From the NCBI GenBank assembly GCA_051439505.1, contig JBFRWI010000165.1, positions 1 through 33,200 on the forward strand: a stretch of 33,200 nucleotides of DNA. The letters run 5' to 3'. The translations under genes were made by a program, and so were the position numbers. Positions 8,918 through 18,755 of this stretch are shown here, in pieces. Origin of the DNA: Hormoscilla sp. (GTDB taxonomy: Bacteria > Cyanobacteriota > Cyanobacteriia > Cyanobacteriales > Desertifilaceae). The first letter of the stretch is position 1. Each line of letters opens with the position of its first letter. The notes beneath the pieces were generated by a model. The model was not told where the DNA came from. It made no database searches and saw only the letters and a program-made list of their open reading frames with translations.

Positions 8918-10384
8918 TTACCCAAGCATTTGATTCAATTCTTGTCTGTCAACTGACGGGTAGCGATGCACCGCTAGCATGGTAATGTCATCAAACTGTG
9001 GCGCGTCATCCATATAAGCAAACAAACTGCTTTTTATCCGCTCCAATAACTCAGATGCTGATGCTGCTTGGTTCTCTATAAGTTCGCGCAGTCGCTTGTC
9101 AGTAAATAACTTACCCTCAGGGGATTTGGCTTCAGTCACCCCGTCTGTATAGCTAATTAAAATGTCACCCGGTTCTAGCTGCACCTGCTGAATGCCAAAC
9201 TTCATCTTCGGCATCATTCCCACTGCTGGTCCCGTTGATGGAAGCGTTAACTTCACGCCTTTGTCCCCGACGACAAAAACCGGTTCATGTCCCCCATTAA
9301 TGTAAGTCAGCAAGCCAGTAGCCGGATCTAGCACGGCAAAAAATACTGTGGCAAACATACTCATTTGCCAGTGATAAAGGCCGACGTAGTCGTTCGTGAG
9401 GGCGATCGCGCTCAAAGCATTGATATGAGCTAAATTAATTGATTCGCAATCGCAGATCCAGCCGGTACTGGGCTGATTTTCCTGAAGAATATCCGATGGG
9501 GATCCTTCCAGTTGACTTTGCTTGGAAAAGATGCGGATCAAGCTGCGGAATAGAGCCATAAACAGGGCTGCACCCACCCCCTTGTCGCACACATCCGCAA
9601 TTACCAGTCCTACATGCCCATTACTCAGCTCGAACACATCGTAGAAGTCCCCCGCGCATTGCTTGGCCGGATGGAAACAAGTTGCTATCTCCCAGTTGGG
9701 CAGTTGTGGGATTTCATAGGGGAGAAAATCTATCTGAATCTGCCTGCCTTTTTCTAGTTCGGCGTCCAGAGCTTTTGCATACTGGTTGAGTTTTGAATAT
9801 AGCCGCGCATTTTCCAGCACTAGCGCTATCTGATTGGTAGTTGCCTGCATCAGAGCGGCGCTTTTATTGGTAAAATGATTGGGAGCTGAGTGCAAAAGTG
9901 TGAGAATTCCCAGCAACTCCCCACCTCTGAGAATGGGAATGCCTAAGGCCGATCGCACCTGGTAAGGCTGATTGGGCAGGGTTACCCAGCGATCGTCTGT
10001 CTCCGTGTCCGCGATCGATCCTATTTGGCGGTGGCGCGAAACCCAACCTGCTAGCCCCTTGTCCAAGACATTGCCGATCAGGCGATCGCGCTGTTCTGGC
10101 GTCACCTCCGCGCGGGTGAGAATCGCGTCTACGATCTTACCTGCTGGATCTAGGATAAACAGACTGCCTTTCTCTGCACCCGTTAGATCTGCTGCTAGGT
10201 CTAAGGTTTGCTGCAAGGCTTTTTTTAGCACCCCTTCTTCCGATGGCGTGCTGGCCATCGTCACCAAATTCTCCAGCAGCATCGTTTGAGCCTCTAAAGC
10301 CGTTCTCTCGTTTTTGAGTTTGGCCACTTCTGCGCGCAGCGCTGCTAATTCTGAGTTCTCGCCTGGTAAATTTTGACTATTCAT
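8918..10384 (-). CDS. GAF + SpoIIE/PP2C phosphatase (RsbU/IcfG-like)
   Basis: GAF domain, then AGDFYD, IADVCDKGVGAALFM, YINGGHEP, YTDGVTEA and FDDITML. Confidence 0.9.
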   Translation of the reverse strand: MNSQNLPGENSELAALRAEVAKLKNERTALEAQTMLLENLVTMASTPSEEGVLKKALQQTLDLAADLTGAEKGSLFILDPAGKIVDAILTRAEVTPEQRDRLIGNVLDKGLAGWVSRHRQIGSIADTETDDRWVTLPNQPYQVRSALGIPILRGGELLGILTLLHSAPNHFTNKSAALMQATTNQIALVLENARLYSKLNQYAKALDAELEKGRQIQIDFLPYEIPQLPNWEIATCFHPAKQCAGDFYDVFELSNGHVGLVIADVCDKGVGAALFMALFRSLIRIFSKQSQLEGSPSDILQENQPSTGWICDCESINLAHINALSAIALTNDYVGLYHWQMSMFATVFFAVLDPATGLLTYINGGHEPVFVVGDKGVKLTLPSTGPAVGMMPKMKFGIQQVQLEPGDILISYTDGVTEAKSPEGKLFTDKRLRELIENQAASASELLERIKSSLFAYMDDAPQFDDITMLAVHRYPSVDRQELNQMLG

Positions 10385-10497
10385 ATTCCCCCGTGCTATG
10401 CAGTTCCCTTACTCCAGGAGGGAGTCCCTTGTTTAGAGGTGTACCCGCCTGCTTGGTAATCTTATCCTACTATAGCACGTAGGTCAGCTTCCTTGGG

Positions 10498-10545
10498 AGT
10501 CAGTTGTCAGTTGCCAGTTGCCAGTTGTCAATTGTCAGTTGTCAT
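10498..10545. repeat. Degenerate heptamer tandem repeat (GTCAGTT/GCCAGTT)
   Basis: Run gtcagttgtcagttgccagttgccagttgtcaattgtcagttgtc, typical of cyanobacterial STRR-type repeats. Confidence 0.8.
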
Positions 10546-10587
10546 TTCTCCATTCTCAATTATCCATTTCTCCCAAAGCTTCTGGCT

Positions 10588-11394
10588 TCAAAAACTTGAC
10601 TGAATAATCCCTCCTTCTACACGTTGGGCGGCACCATTGATCGCTGAAGCCTTTGCCGAACTCAAGAACACTATTGTATCCGCTACCTCTTCCACCCTGG
10701 CAAAACGCTGAATCAACGAAGATGGTTGCGTTTTGAAGAAATTATCAGTTAATTCAGAAATTGACTGACCTGTAGATTGAGAGATTCCTCCCAAATACTT
10801 CTCCACCCCTGAAGTCCAAGTGGGACCGGGCAGGATACTATTGACCGTGACATTAGTGCCTTTGGTCAGTTCTGCCATCCCCCGTGCCAAACCAATTAAT
10901 GCCGTTTTCGTCATCGAGTAATGGATCATGTCTGGGTACGGTTTCACTCCCGTCTCACTTGCGATTAGCAGAATTCTGCCGCTATTTCGTTCCAGCATGT
11001 GCGGCAAAAAACTACGGGACAGGCGCACCGCACTCATCACGTTGACATTAAAGTAATGCAGCCATTCTTCATCGGTAATTTGCGCAAATTCCTTAGCTCC
11101 AAAAATGCCCACATTATTAATGAGAACATCTAATGAGTCCTGTTTAATTATTTCCCCATAGATTTTCTCTGCTCCGGCAGATGTTCCCACATCCGCAACG
11201 ATGCCGACTACTTCACCAAGCGGACTGAGTTCCTTGACTGTCGCCTCTACTGTTTCCGATTCTTCCGGAACGGTAGAGCGACCATTGATAAATACTTTCG
11301 CACCTTCCTGGAGAAAAGCTCTAGCTGTCGCCTTGCCAATTCCAGATGTTGACCCCGTGACCAATACCTTTTTTCCTGCCAAGCCTAAATCCAT
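10588..11394 (-). CDS. SDR family oxidoreductase
   Basis: VTGSTSGIG, NNVG and YSMTK (YxxxK) motifs. The ATG at 11394 follows an AAGGAG RBS. Confidence 0.92.
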   Translation of the reverse strand: MDLGLAGKKVLVTGSTSGIGKATARAFLQEGAKVFINGRSTVPEESETVEATVKELSPLGEVVGIVADVGTSAGAEKIYGEIIKQDSLDVLINNVGIFGAKEFAQITDEEWLHYFNVNVMSAVRLSRSFLPHMLERNSGRILLIASETGVKPYPDMIHYSMTKTALIGLARGMAELTKGTNVTVNSILPGPTWTSGVEKYLGGISQSTGQSISELTDNFFKTQPSSLIQRFARVEEVADTIVFLSSAKASAINGAAQRVEGGIIQSSF

Positions 11395-11444
11395 AATTTT
11401 CTCCTTTTCGGGGTGAAGGGATTGATGCTTCACCCTCGATCTTT

Positions 11445-11786
11445 CTACAGGTTTTCTATCTGAGCCGCGTCGTACTCATCCAGAATATACACGCTCTGAT
11501 CGAAGCCCGTCTTCTTAATAGTATCCAACACTAGATCCTGAACACCCACCATATAGATGTCAACAGATGGACCCATCTTTTGCTTGGAGAAAATCAGCAC
11601 CCGCAGACCAGCACTGGCCATAAACTCTAGGTCTTGCATTAGCAAAACCAGGCGTTTGGGATTTGCTGCTGCTGCTTCTTCTACCTTATCCTTGAACGCT
11701 CCTGCTGTCGAACCATCCAGTTCTCCTGATAAAGTAATTTTCGCGATGCCGCTGCTTGTTGTTTCTAGAGTTGCGTCAAAAGCCAT
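11445..11786 (-). CDS. STAS anti-sigma-factor antagonist (Slr1859-like)
   Basis: LSGELDGSTA, LEFMASAGLRVL with the phospho-acceptor Ser, and KTGFD. Confidence 0.92.
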   Translation of the reverse strand: MAFDATLETTSSGIAKITLSGELDGSTAGAFKDKVEEAAAANPKRLVLLMQDLEFMASAGLRVLIFSKQKMGPSVDIYMVGVQDLVLDTIKKTGFDQSVYILDEYDAAQIENL

Positions 11787-11835
11787 AATTTTCTGCTATT
11801 ACTGTTTGTAGTAAGCGCTTTAGCGCTTCTTCGCG

Positions 11836-13950
11836 CTACTTGCCCACGAGGATGACCACAGATCGATCGCCCAGCAGGATGCCGTGCTGTTCTGAGAGCA
11901 CCGGTTCCGTACCCGGTTGCCAACTCCCCTGGGGGTCACCGGTGTTAGCGAAGACATGCCACTGCATTCCGTCTCCCAGTCCTGGGATGTCAAACCAATG
12001 AGCTTCCCAGTGCATATTCATCGCCACATAGATATAATTATCTGGTACTGTGCCTTCTTTGGCATGTTTGCCGCAGAGCATAAAGGCCAGGGTACTGCTG
12101 GAGTCCGACCAGTCCGCGTTCCATGCCTGGGTACCATGCCAGCTAATATCAGCATAGCCGCTGCCGACGTAGTCCCGATTCTGAAAATGATACCGATTTC
12201 TCAGCACTGGGTGGGCTTTGCGAAAAGCAATGCAATTCTTGACAAAGTTAAATATGTCGGTATTGCGTTCCAATAGGGTCCAGTCCAGCCAGTTCAGATC
12301 GTTATCGTGGCAATAGGTATTGTTATTGCCATGCTTGGTGCGCCCCATCTCATCTCCCATCAGCATCATGGGCACCCCCTGACTCACCATCAACATGGCG
12401 ATCGCATTCTTTACCTGCCGGTGCCGCAGATCGTTAATCCACTGGTTATCCGTCGGGCCTTCCCAACCGCAGTTCCAACTATCGTTATCGTTAGTCCCGT
12501 CATTATTGTTTTCCCCGTTGGCTTCGTTATGCTTGCCGTCATAGGAAACCATATCCATCAGGGTAAAACCGTCGTGGGCCGTAATGAAGTTTATCGATGT
12601 TGCCGGTGCCCTTCCCGCCCAAGCATAGAGGTCCGGGGAACCTTGTAACCGCTGGGCCATATCCCCGACCGTTCCATCTCCCTTCAGGAACTTGCGGATG
12701 CCATCCCGATACTTGCCATTCCACTCCGCCCAGCGTCCGAAGGCGGGGAAAGAACCCACTTGGTAGAGTCCGCCTGCATCCCATGCTTCAGCTATCAGTT
12801 TGCATTTAGCTAAGATCGGATCGAAAGCTAGGGTTTCTAACAGGGGCGGGTTCGCTAAAGGTGCCCCCCAAGGATCCCGTCCCAAGATCGAGGCCAGGTC
12901 AAAACGAAAGCCATCAATGTGATATTCACTCGCCCAGTAGCGCAGGCAATCTAGTACGATATTCCGGACGATCGGGTTATTGCAGTTGAGAGTATTGCCA
13001 CAGCCCGAGAAGTTATAGTAGTAACCTTCCGGCGTCAGCATGTAGTATGTTTTGTTGTCAATGCCTCGGAAAGAGATATAGGGACCATTTTCATTTCCTT
13101 CCGCCGTGTGGTTGAACACCACATCGAGAATCACTTCTATGCCATTTTTGTGCAATTCTTTCACTAGGGTTTTTAGTTCGTCCACTTGCATCCCTAGCTT
13201 TCCCGTCGCCGCGTATCCTGCCTTGGGGGCAAAGAAACCTACCGTACTGTATCCCCAATAGTTGTAAAGCGTTTCCCCCGTTTGCGGGTTGGGGCGGGAA
13301 TTTTCAAACTCGTCAAATTCATATATGGGCATCATTTCTACAGCATTGACGCCCAACTCCTTCAGGTAGGGGATTTTTTCTCGCAGTCCTGCAAATGTGC
13401 CTTGATGCTGAGTTTTTACCCCTGAAGAGCCATGGCGGGTAAAACTGCGGACGTGCATCTCATATACGATCATATCCTCTGGCGGTATTTCCAGAGGCCG
13501 ATCGTCCTCCCAGTCGAAATCATCTAAGGCTATTCTGGCCCGATGGTGGTAAATATCATTCCAGTCTGGCGTTACTCCCCAAACATCCCGACCCCCGATA
13601 ACCTTAGCGTAGGGGTCCATGAGAATTTTGCTTTTATCAAACCATTGACCTTCATGAAAATTGTTCGGCCCATCCATTCTATAGCCGTATTCTAGATTTT
13701 CGTAATCGAGATCGAATACCACCATGCAGTACACATTCCCTATCCGAAATTCCTCGGGAAATGGTATTTCTGCCATTGGTTCCTTTGCATCTTTTTTAAA
13801 CAGCACCAACGTACAGGATGTCGCATGGCTTGAGAAAATCGAGAAGTTAATGCCCGACGGCACTATTGTCGCACCAAAAGGAAATGGCTTCCCACGGCGC
13901 AGCTTGTACTCGCCGTAACTATGTGTCGGATGAATGTCTATTCTTTCCAT
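11836..13950 (-). CDS. glgX: Glycogen debranching enzyme (isoamylase, GH13)
   Basis: YEMHVRSFT, NYWGYST, DVVFNHTAEG, DGFRFDLAS, IAEAWD, FITAHDGFTL. Confidence 0.97.
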   Translation of the reverse strand: MERIDIHPTHSYGEYKLRRGKPFPFGATIVPSGINFSIFSSHATSCTLVLFKKDAKEPMAEIPFPEEFRIGNVYCMVVFDLDYENLEYGYRMDGPNNFHEGQWFDKSKILMDPYAKVIGGRDVWGVTPDWNDIYHHRARIALDDFDWEDDRPLEIPPEDMIVYEMHVRSFTRHGSSGVKTQHQGTFAGLREKIPYLKELGVNAVEMMPIYEFDEFENSRPNPQTGETLYNYWGYSTVGFFAPKAGYAATGKLGMQVDELKTLVKELHKNGIEVILDVVFNHTAEGNENGPYISFRGIDNKTYYMLTPEGYYYNFSGCGNTLNCNNPIVRNIVLDCLRYWASEYHIDGFRFDLASILGRDPWGAPLANPPLLETLAFDPILAKCKLIAEAWDAGGLYQVGSFPAFGRWAEWNGKYRDGIRKFLKGDGTVGDMAQRLQGSPDLYAWAGRAPATSINFITAHDGFTLMDMVSYDGKHNEANGENNNDGTNDNDSWNCGWEGPTDNQWINDLRHRQVKNAIAMLMVSQGVPMMLMGDEMGRTKHGNNNTYCHDNDLNWLDWTLLERNTDIFNFVKNCIAFRKAHPVLRNRYHFQNRDYVGSGYADISWHGTQAWNADWSDSSSTLAFMLCGKHAKEGTVPDNYIYVAMNMHWEAHWFDIPGLGDGMQWHVFANTGDPQGSWQPGTEPVLSEQHGILLGDRSVVILVGK

Positions 13951-14018
13951 TCTCTTGTAATATTTTTTGGTCCCTATTGCTGCTATTTTTTAATTGCTAA
14001 TTGCTAATTGTCAAGTCT

Positions 14019-14102
14019 CCATTAGCCATTAGCCATTAGCCATTAGCCATTAGCCATTAGCCATTAGCCATTAGCCATTAGCCATTAGCCATTAGCCATT
14101 AG
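14019..14102. repeat. Perfect heptamer tandem repeat (CCATTAG)x12, STRR-type
   Basis: Twelve exact units counted. The last unit overlaps the stop codon of the STAS gene. Confidence 0.95.
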
Positions 14103-14440
14103 CCTTTGAGTGCTGCTATTCCTTCCTCTCGTTTTTCGCAAGTTGTGAAAAAATCCAGAAATCCTGTTACGGACATGGTGTCTTGCAACTCTTCGGACAG
14201 CCCCACAAGAACTAATTTTCCTTCCTTTGCTTGGGTCTGCCGGTACATAGACAGCAGCATCCGCAACCCGGCACTGGACATGTAGGGTACTTGGGTCATA
14301 TCCATGAGAATCTTACTCCCGGGCTTGGCTAGGGGTAAAACTTGCTTTTGCACCTCCGGTGCCGTGCTAGCATCCACGTCACCATTCAGTTCTACTACCT
14401 CTATCTCTTCAACTGTCTTAATTTCGATCTCTATTGCCAT
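14099..14440 (-). CDS. STAS anti-sigma-factor antagonist (Slr1856-like)
   Basis: LNGDVDASTA, VPYMSSAGLRML, VTGFLDFF. Confidence 0.92.
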   Translation of the reverse strand: MAIEIEIKTVEEIEVVELNGDVDASTAPEVQKQVLPLAKPGSKILMDMTQVPYMSSAGLRMLLSMYRQTQAKEGKLVLVGLSEELQDTMSVTGFLDFFTTCEKREEGIAALKG

Positions 14441-14502
14441 GATTCCAATTTTTTGAGTATTCTTGCGGTCATGGGTTATTCATGACCCCTATTGCCAAAC
14501 GG

Positions 14503-14596
14503 CAAACGCGCTTCGCGTTTACTACAAACGGGTGTGGTCAAAACCAGTTGGTTGTTTTTGGCCACACCCGCGAATGGTGGGCAGTGCCCACCCTAC
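14503..14596. repeat. Cluster of three short palindromes: AAACGCG..CGCGTTTACTAC, a 40-bp GGGTGTGG...CCACACCC mini-element (14530-14569), and an inverted GTAG REP
   Basis: Each motif recurs elsewhere in the window (26370-26452, 17112-17362 and 794-858 respectively). Confidence 0.8.
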
Positions 14597-14605
14597 CAAC
14601 GATGG

Positions 14606-16429
14606 TTAAACGGGGACTATCTCTACCTTGACTTTAACCCGCTCTTTGGTATCGGGCAACTTGACTGTCAAGCCATCGGCGTCGAAGTCGCTGTAGGCTT
14701 TGCCGTCAATTTCACAGGAGCCAATTTTAATACTCCCTGCTGGTAGAATATCGGGGGACACCCGCAGGATGTTGTCCGGGAACCCTCCTGGTATCGGTTT
14801 GAAGTAAAAGGTCATCGGTTGTTTGGTGATCAGCAGGTTCGTATACACTGCCGCTAGATAGCACAACTCCGTCGAGTGATAACCACTCATGGAGTGAGAA
14901 CCTTTGCCCCGTTCGTTTCCACCGGCGAGGAAGGGAATGCCGTTGGCCAAAACGTTGAAGTACACCCCGCCATCTTCTGTATCCAGGAACCAGGCATTGT
15001 AAAATGCTGCTGATTCCCGAGCCAAACGGTGATATTCTTCATTTCCCAAGGATCCTGCTAGGATGTAGTAGGCCAGGATGCCCTGTTCTTGCTGCCACCA
15101 GGCTTTGCGATCGTGCCAGACATGGCGATAATCAGTTTCGCCTTCCCCCAGTACCCGCTCTACAACATCGTACCATCCGCCGCGCTGTTGGTCCCCGCCT
15201 GTAGCTGGCATGATCTCTGCTATTTTTTCCGCCAGCTTGACATACTTATCTTTCGCTTTCAGATGCTGCATTCGCATCAGGTTCCAGGCGATCTTCAGGT
15301 TGTGACCGACTACGGCCCGGTTTTGCTGCCACCCCCAGGTCTGGTCGGGACTCCAGTCCTGGTAAAACTTCTCATTGACAAAGGGACTGTTCTCGTAATC
15401 TGGAAAACGTCCTTCGATCGTATCAAAGGTGTATTCCAGCATATCAGCGTATTCCTGCTTGCCAGTGGCCAACCACAGGTTAATCAGATATGCTGGAGCA
15501 TGGTCCCCCACCGAGTTCCAATTCTTTTTCCCTTTGTTGCGGCCCAAGGACTCGCTGACGGGGTCTAGGGTCACCGGATCCAGATGGGAGAAGTACCCGC
15601 CATGGTCGCTTTTGTCCAGGAAAAAGTCCTGAAATAGCTTGATGGTCTTCTCCGTGTCGTCCATGATCTTCGGGTCCCCATTTGCCCGATAGGTCTGGAT
15701 CGGGCCAGCTAGGGCGTATATTTGCTCGTAGGCCGGGATAGCGTCATAGTCATCCCCGAACTCTGAGGCGAAGATTTTCTGTTCCCGTGCTCCCTGCACG
15801 TCGATGCCGTGATACCAATAGACTATGTCTTCGTCTAGGTCCACAAACCGCATGTGGTCCCGCAGGTATTCGGTGCCTTTTTCTGCTGCTTCCAGGAACT
15901 TGTCTTCCCCCGTCATCATGAATGCACTGGCAAACCCGTACACCAGGCGGGATATGGTGTCCGTTTCTTGGCGGAAATTATCCAGGGACCTGACACCTGA
16001 CAGACTCAGGCTGGTACGATAATTGCGGTAGTCTATCTCTTCTTCACCAAACTGGGCCTTCAGGTAAAATTTGGCTAGCGATCGCACCTGATCTACCCAC
16101 CAATTTGGCTTCTCGAAAATATAATCCTTTTCCGTGCGCCCCACGAACACCATTTGTCGGGCTTCAAATATGGGACTATCTGGATAAAACACCCCATACA
16201 CGAATACATAGCGACCCGGAACCAGCATCGATCGCATTTGGCCCGTAGCATCCGGGTAGGCTTCATCTAGATTCTGGATCAATTTGGCATAGGCCGTTGC
16301 CCCAATTTTTGCCTGGAACTCCCGACCATCCGATGTTTTGATGCCAAACATTTCCGTCTTGGAGTCGTACTGCTGGGTCACGTACCCCGCGATCAGGTCT
16401 GAAAAGGAAAATTCTACGTTACTCCCCAT
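14606..16429 (-). CDS. AGE-family epimerase/isomerase (N-acylglucosamine 2-epimerase superfamily), Slr1855-like
   Basis: ISRLVYGFA, NWNSVGDH, VGHNLKIAW, KAWWQQEQ and KGSHSMSGYH resemble the (alpha/alpha)6-barrel His motifs. Position between DJ-1 and STAS/glgX fits the icfG cluster. Confidence 0.85.
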   Translation of the reverse strand: MGSNVEFSFSDLIAGYVTQQYDSKTEMFGIKTSDGREFQAKIGATAYAKLIQNLDEAYPDATGQMRSMLVPGRYVFVYGVFYPDSPIFEARQMVFVGRTEKDYIFEKPNWWVDQVRSLAKFYLKAQFGEEEIDYRNYRTSLSLSGVRSLDNFRQETDTISRLVYGFASAFMMTGEDKFLEAAEKGTEYLRDHMRFVDLDEDIVYWYHGIDVQGAREQKIFASEFGDDYDAIPAYEQIYALAGPIQTYRANGDPKIMDDTEKTIKLFQDFFLDKSDHGGYFSHLDPVTLDPVSESLGRNKGKKNWNSVGDHAPAYLINLWLATGKQEYADMLEYTFDTIEGRFPDYENSPFVNEKFYQDWSPDQTWGWQQNRAVVGHNLKIAWNLMRMQHLKAKDKYVKLAEKIAEIMPATGGDQQRGGWYDVVERVLGEGETDYRHVWHDRKAWWQQEQGILAYYILAGSLGNEEYHRLARESAAFYNAWFLDTEDGGVYFNVLANGIPFLAGGNERGKGSHSMSGYHSTELCYLAAVYTNLLITKQPMTFYFKPIPGGFPDNILRVSPDILPAGSIKIGSCEIDGKAYSDFDADGLTVKLPDTKERVKVKVEIVPV

Positions 16430-16464
16430 TCTTCAGCTTGCCTCTTAATTTTTTGTTGTTAAAA

Positions 16465-17070
16465 CTAGCTATTTTTCTTGTCCATTTCTGCCAAGAAAAT
16501 CTGCATAAATTCCTCGACTACCCCTGGGTGACGCCCCGATATCAGACCTCCGTCAATATAGGTTTCCACCGTTTCTCCATTCTCATACATTACATTTCCA
16601 CCAGCATTTTCCACGTCGCAAAGGATGTTGTGGGCGCAGGTTACTTTCCGACCTTTCATCAGTTCTGGATCTGCGCAAAATAGCCACATACTATGACAAA
16701 TTGTCCCGACCTTTACTTCGTCTGCATCCATGGCCTTGACCGCTTTGCGGAGAAATTCCACCGCTGGCGACTGGTTGGGCTGACCTGGTTGTACCTGCAC
16801 TTGATAGCGCAGGCGATCCATCGCATAACCGCCAATCAAGATAAAACCTTTGTAAGCTGATACATCAACATCTTGGAAATCTTTCGTGACCGTGACTTCT
16901 TCTGTGTGGTCGTTTCCCTTGAAAGTGAGGCTGGGCTGATTCCAAAGATTGGAAATATATTCTACTTCGTATCCATTTTTCGGGAAAAATTCTCCAAATA
17001 GACGATATTCTGTTTCGTCAAAGTGTTCCTCAACGATTACGCCGATCTTACCTTTGCTTGCCGTTGTCAT
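16465..17070 (-). CDS. DJ-1/PfpI family protein, Slr1854-like
   Basis: EHFDETE, ILIGGYAMDRLR and the nucleophile elbow TICHS. Confidence 0.9.
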   Translation of the reverse strand: MTTASKGKIGVIVEEHFDETEYRLFGEFFPKNGYEVEYISNLWNQPSLTFKGNDHTEEVTVTKDFQDVDVSAYKGFILIGGYAMDRLRYQVQVQPGQPNQSPAVEFLRKAVKAMDADEVKVGTICHSMWLFCADPELMKGRKVTCAHNILCDVENAGGNVMYENGETVETYIDGGLISGRHPGVVEEFMQIFLAEMDKKNS

Positions 17071-17111
17071 AGTCTCCTACTTCTGTCAGTTGTTAGTTAT
17101 CAGTTCTCGAT

Positions 17112-17362
17112 GGGTGTGGTCATAGGTTAGTTGGTACAGTCGGAAATCGCGATTGGCCAGAAACCCGGGGGTGTGGTCATGCATTTGTTGGTTCCGATCC
17201 CCCCCAAACCCCCCTTCCAAAGGGGGGGCCTTCCTGAAGCCCCCCTTTTTAAGGGGGGTTTGGGGGGATCCGGCGACTGGGAGGGCCGCCCGAACGATCA
17301 ACGGGTTTTGACCACACCCGAAACCCGGTTTCTTATCTGCTTGACTACTTGTAACCACACCC
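17112..17362. mobile_element. Nested MITEs with GGGTGTGG...CCACACCC ends (outer 17112-17362, inner 17169-17319)
   Basis: The inner element is flanked by a perfect 9-bp duplication GAAACCCGG (17160-17168, 17320-17328). The outer one is flanked by GTTCTCGAT/GTTCTCGGT (17103-17111, 17363-17371). The inner element carries a GATCCCCCC...CCCCCCTTTTTAAGGGGGG...GGGGGGATC palindrome. Confidence 0.85.
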
Positions 17363-17453
17363 GTTCTCGGTGGACCCTCTTGACCTTTTTCCGTAACCTC
17401 TGTCTAGCTTAACCGATCCCTGCCCTTTTCGCAAGTATGACCCTAATCAAACC

Positions 17454-18614
17454 TCAGACAAAAGTGAAAGCACTACTGTTAAGATTTAAGCCAGAAACAT
17501 CTCCTTGGACAATAGCAATCAGTTCCGACATTGAGTTACCCATGCCATTGCCAGCTTGGTCAAGATAGATGCCAATCTGGTCTTGTGAGGATCCATAGGG
17601 TGCTGCACCGAGTCGATAGTCACGGGCAATTCCTTTGAGTTGAATAGTATCTCCATCGGCAAAATCAGTAATCATCGCGAAATCCCGCACACCCATCGTG
17701 CCTCGATCGCGATCGTCGTAATAGACGTAGTTGGCATCTCCCAGCACGAAGGTATCAGATCCGGCCCCGCCAGTCAAGGTATCCATTTCGCCCCATCCGG
17801 GAGGTTTGCCACCATTCCGACGGCGAACGCCAATCAACCTGTCATTACCATCGCCGCCTTCCAGCAGGTCATCGCCCCGACCTCCCACGATGCGATCGTT
17901 GCCACCGCCACCCAGCAACATGTCATCCCCATCCAGACCAAACAGGCGATCGTTTCCTTGGCCGCCTCGGAGTCCGTCGGGGTTTTCTAGCCTGTCAATC
18001 AGCAGTAAATCTAGACCTGCTGCATCTGTCCTTTCTAGAATACCTTGGAATCCTACCTGTGGGATCCCGTACCACAGGACGTTATGAAACCCGATGGTAT
18101 TATCCCGACCGTTGTAGCTGACCACTCCCGTTAGAGCTGGATTATCATCTGTCCCAGTTGTTCTCACTTCCACATTACCAGTTAAATGGGTCGCGATTAT
18201 GTTAACTGGTAGACCACCTGATCCCAAAACTTCTTCTGCTGCATTCACCACCCCATCAACTAATTGATCCTCGACCGATTCGTTCAAGGCCAGGTCAACT
18301 GTGCGACTTTCAAATTGAGCATAAATACCCCCCTCTAGTACGAAGTCCAAAACCGCTGGCACGTATTCCAGAGGACTGATATCTACCACGATATAACCGG
18401 GAAATGATTCACGCACCGTTTGTTCGGCGATGTCGTTTTGCCTCGGATCTCCTGGCCGGTCTACAAAACCCAGTTGATCTGGGAAATTTTCCACCACCAC
18501 ATCTAGGAGATTTTCGACTATCTTATCTTGTAACTCAGCTACTTGAGCCGCCGTGGGGGGATTGATTTCCCCATTCTCACCTATAATCCCGATTCGTCCA
18601 TTAACCAATGGCAT
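17454..18614 (-). CDS. RTX/haemolysin-type Ca-binding repeat protein with unrecognised acidic N-terminal domain
   Basis: Multiple GGxGxDxL nonapeptides and a DTLTGGAGSDTFVLGD...ITDF...DTIQL...LIAIVQG...FTFV C-terminus. No Sec signal. Confidence 0.85.
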   Translation of the reverse strand: MPLVNGRIGIIGENGEINPPTAAQVAELQDKIVENLLDVVVENFPDQLGFVDRPGDPRQNDIAEQTVRESFPGYIVVDISPLEYVPAVLDFVLEGGIYAQFESRTVDLALNESVEDQLVDGVVNAAEEVLGSGGLPVNIIATHLTGNVEVRTTGTDDNPALTGVVSYNGRDNTIGFHNVLWYGIPQVGFQGILERTDAAGLDLLLIDRLENPDGLRGGQGNDRLFGLDGDDMLLGGGGNDRIVGGRGDDLLEGGDGNDRLIGVRRRNGGKPPGWGEMDTLTGGAGSDTFVLGDANYVYYDDRDRGTMGVRDFAMITDFADGDTIQLKGIARDYRLGAAPYGSSQDQIGIYLDQAGNGMGNSMSELIAIVQGDVSGLNLNSSAFTFV

Positions 18615-18724
18615 TTGCTGCTATCTCCTCTTTTTTTATTTCCTACTTCTTAGAGCTTATCAGCTATTATCCTCGTCCACCTCTAACTTAATTCTTTTTT
18701 AATATTTATCTTTTTCATCTGAAA

Positions 18725-18755
18725 GGAGTCTGAAGTCTAGTTGGCTTCAGACTCC
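18725..18755 (-). terminator. 11-bp perfect hairpin, possible intrinsic terminator
   Basis: GGAGTCTGAAG-N9-CTTCAGACTCC, followed by only a short TTT tract on the minus strand. Confidence 0.45.

Noticed and set aside
17086..17412. 90- and 93-aa ORFs (PQTPLKKGG / PLFKGGLGG)
   Set aside because: Translations of the nested MITEs and the CCCCCCTTTTTAAGGGGGG palindrome.
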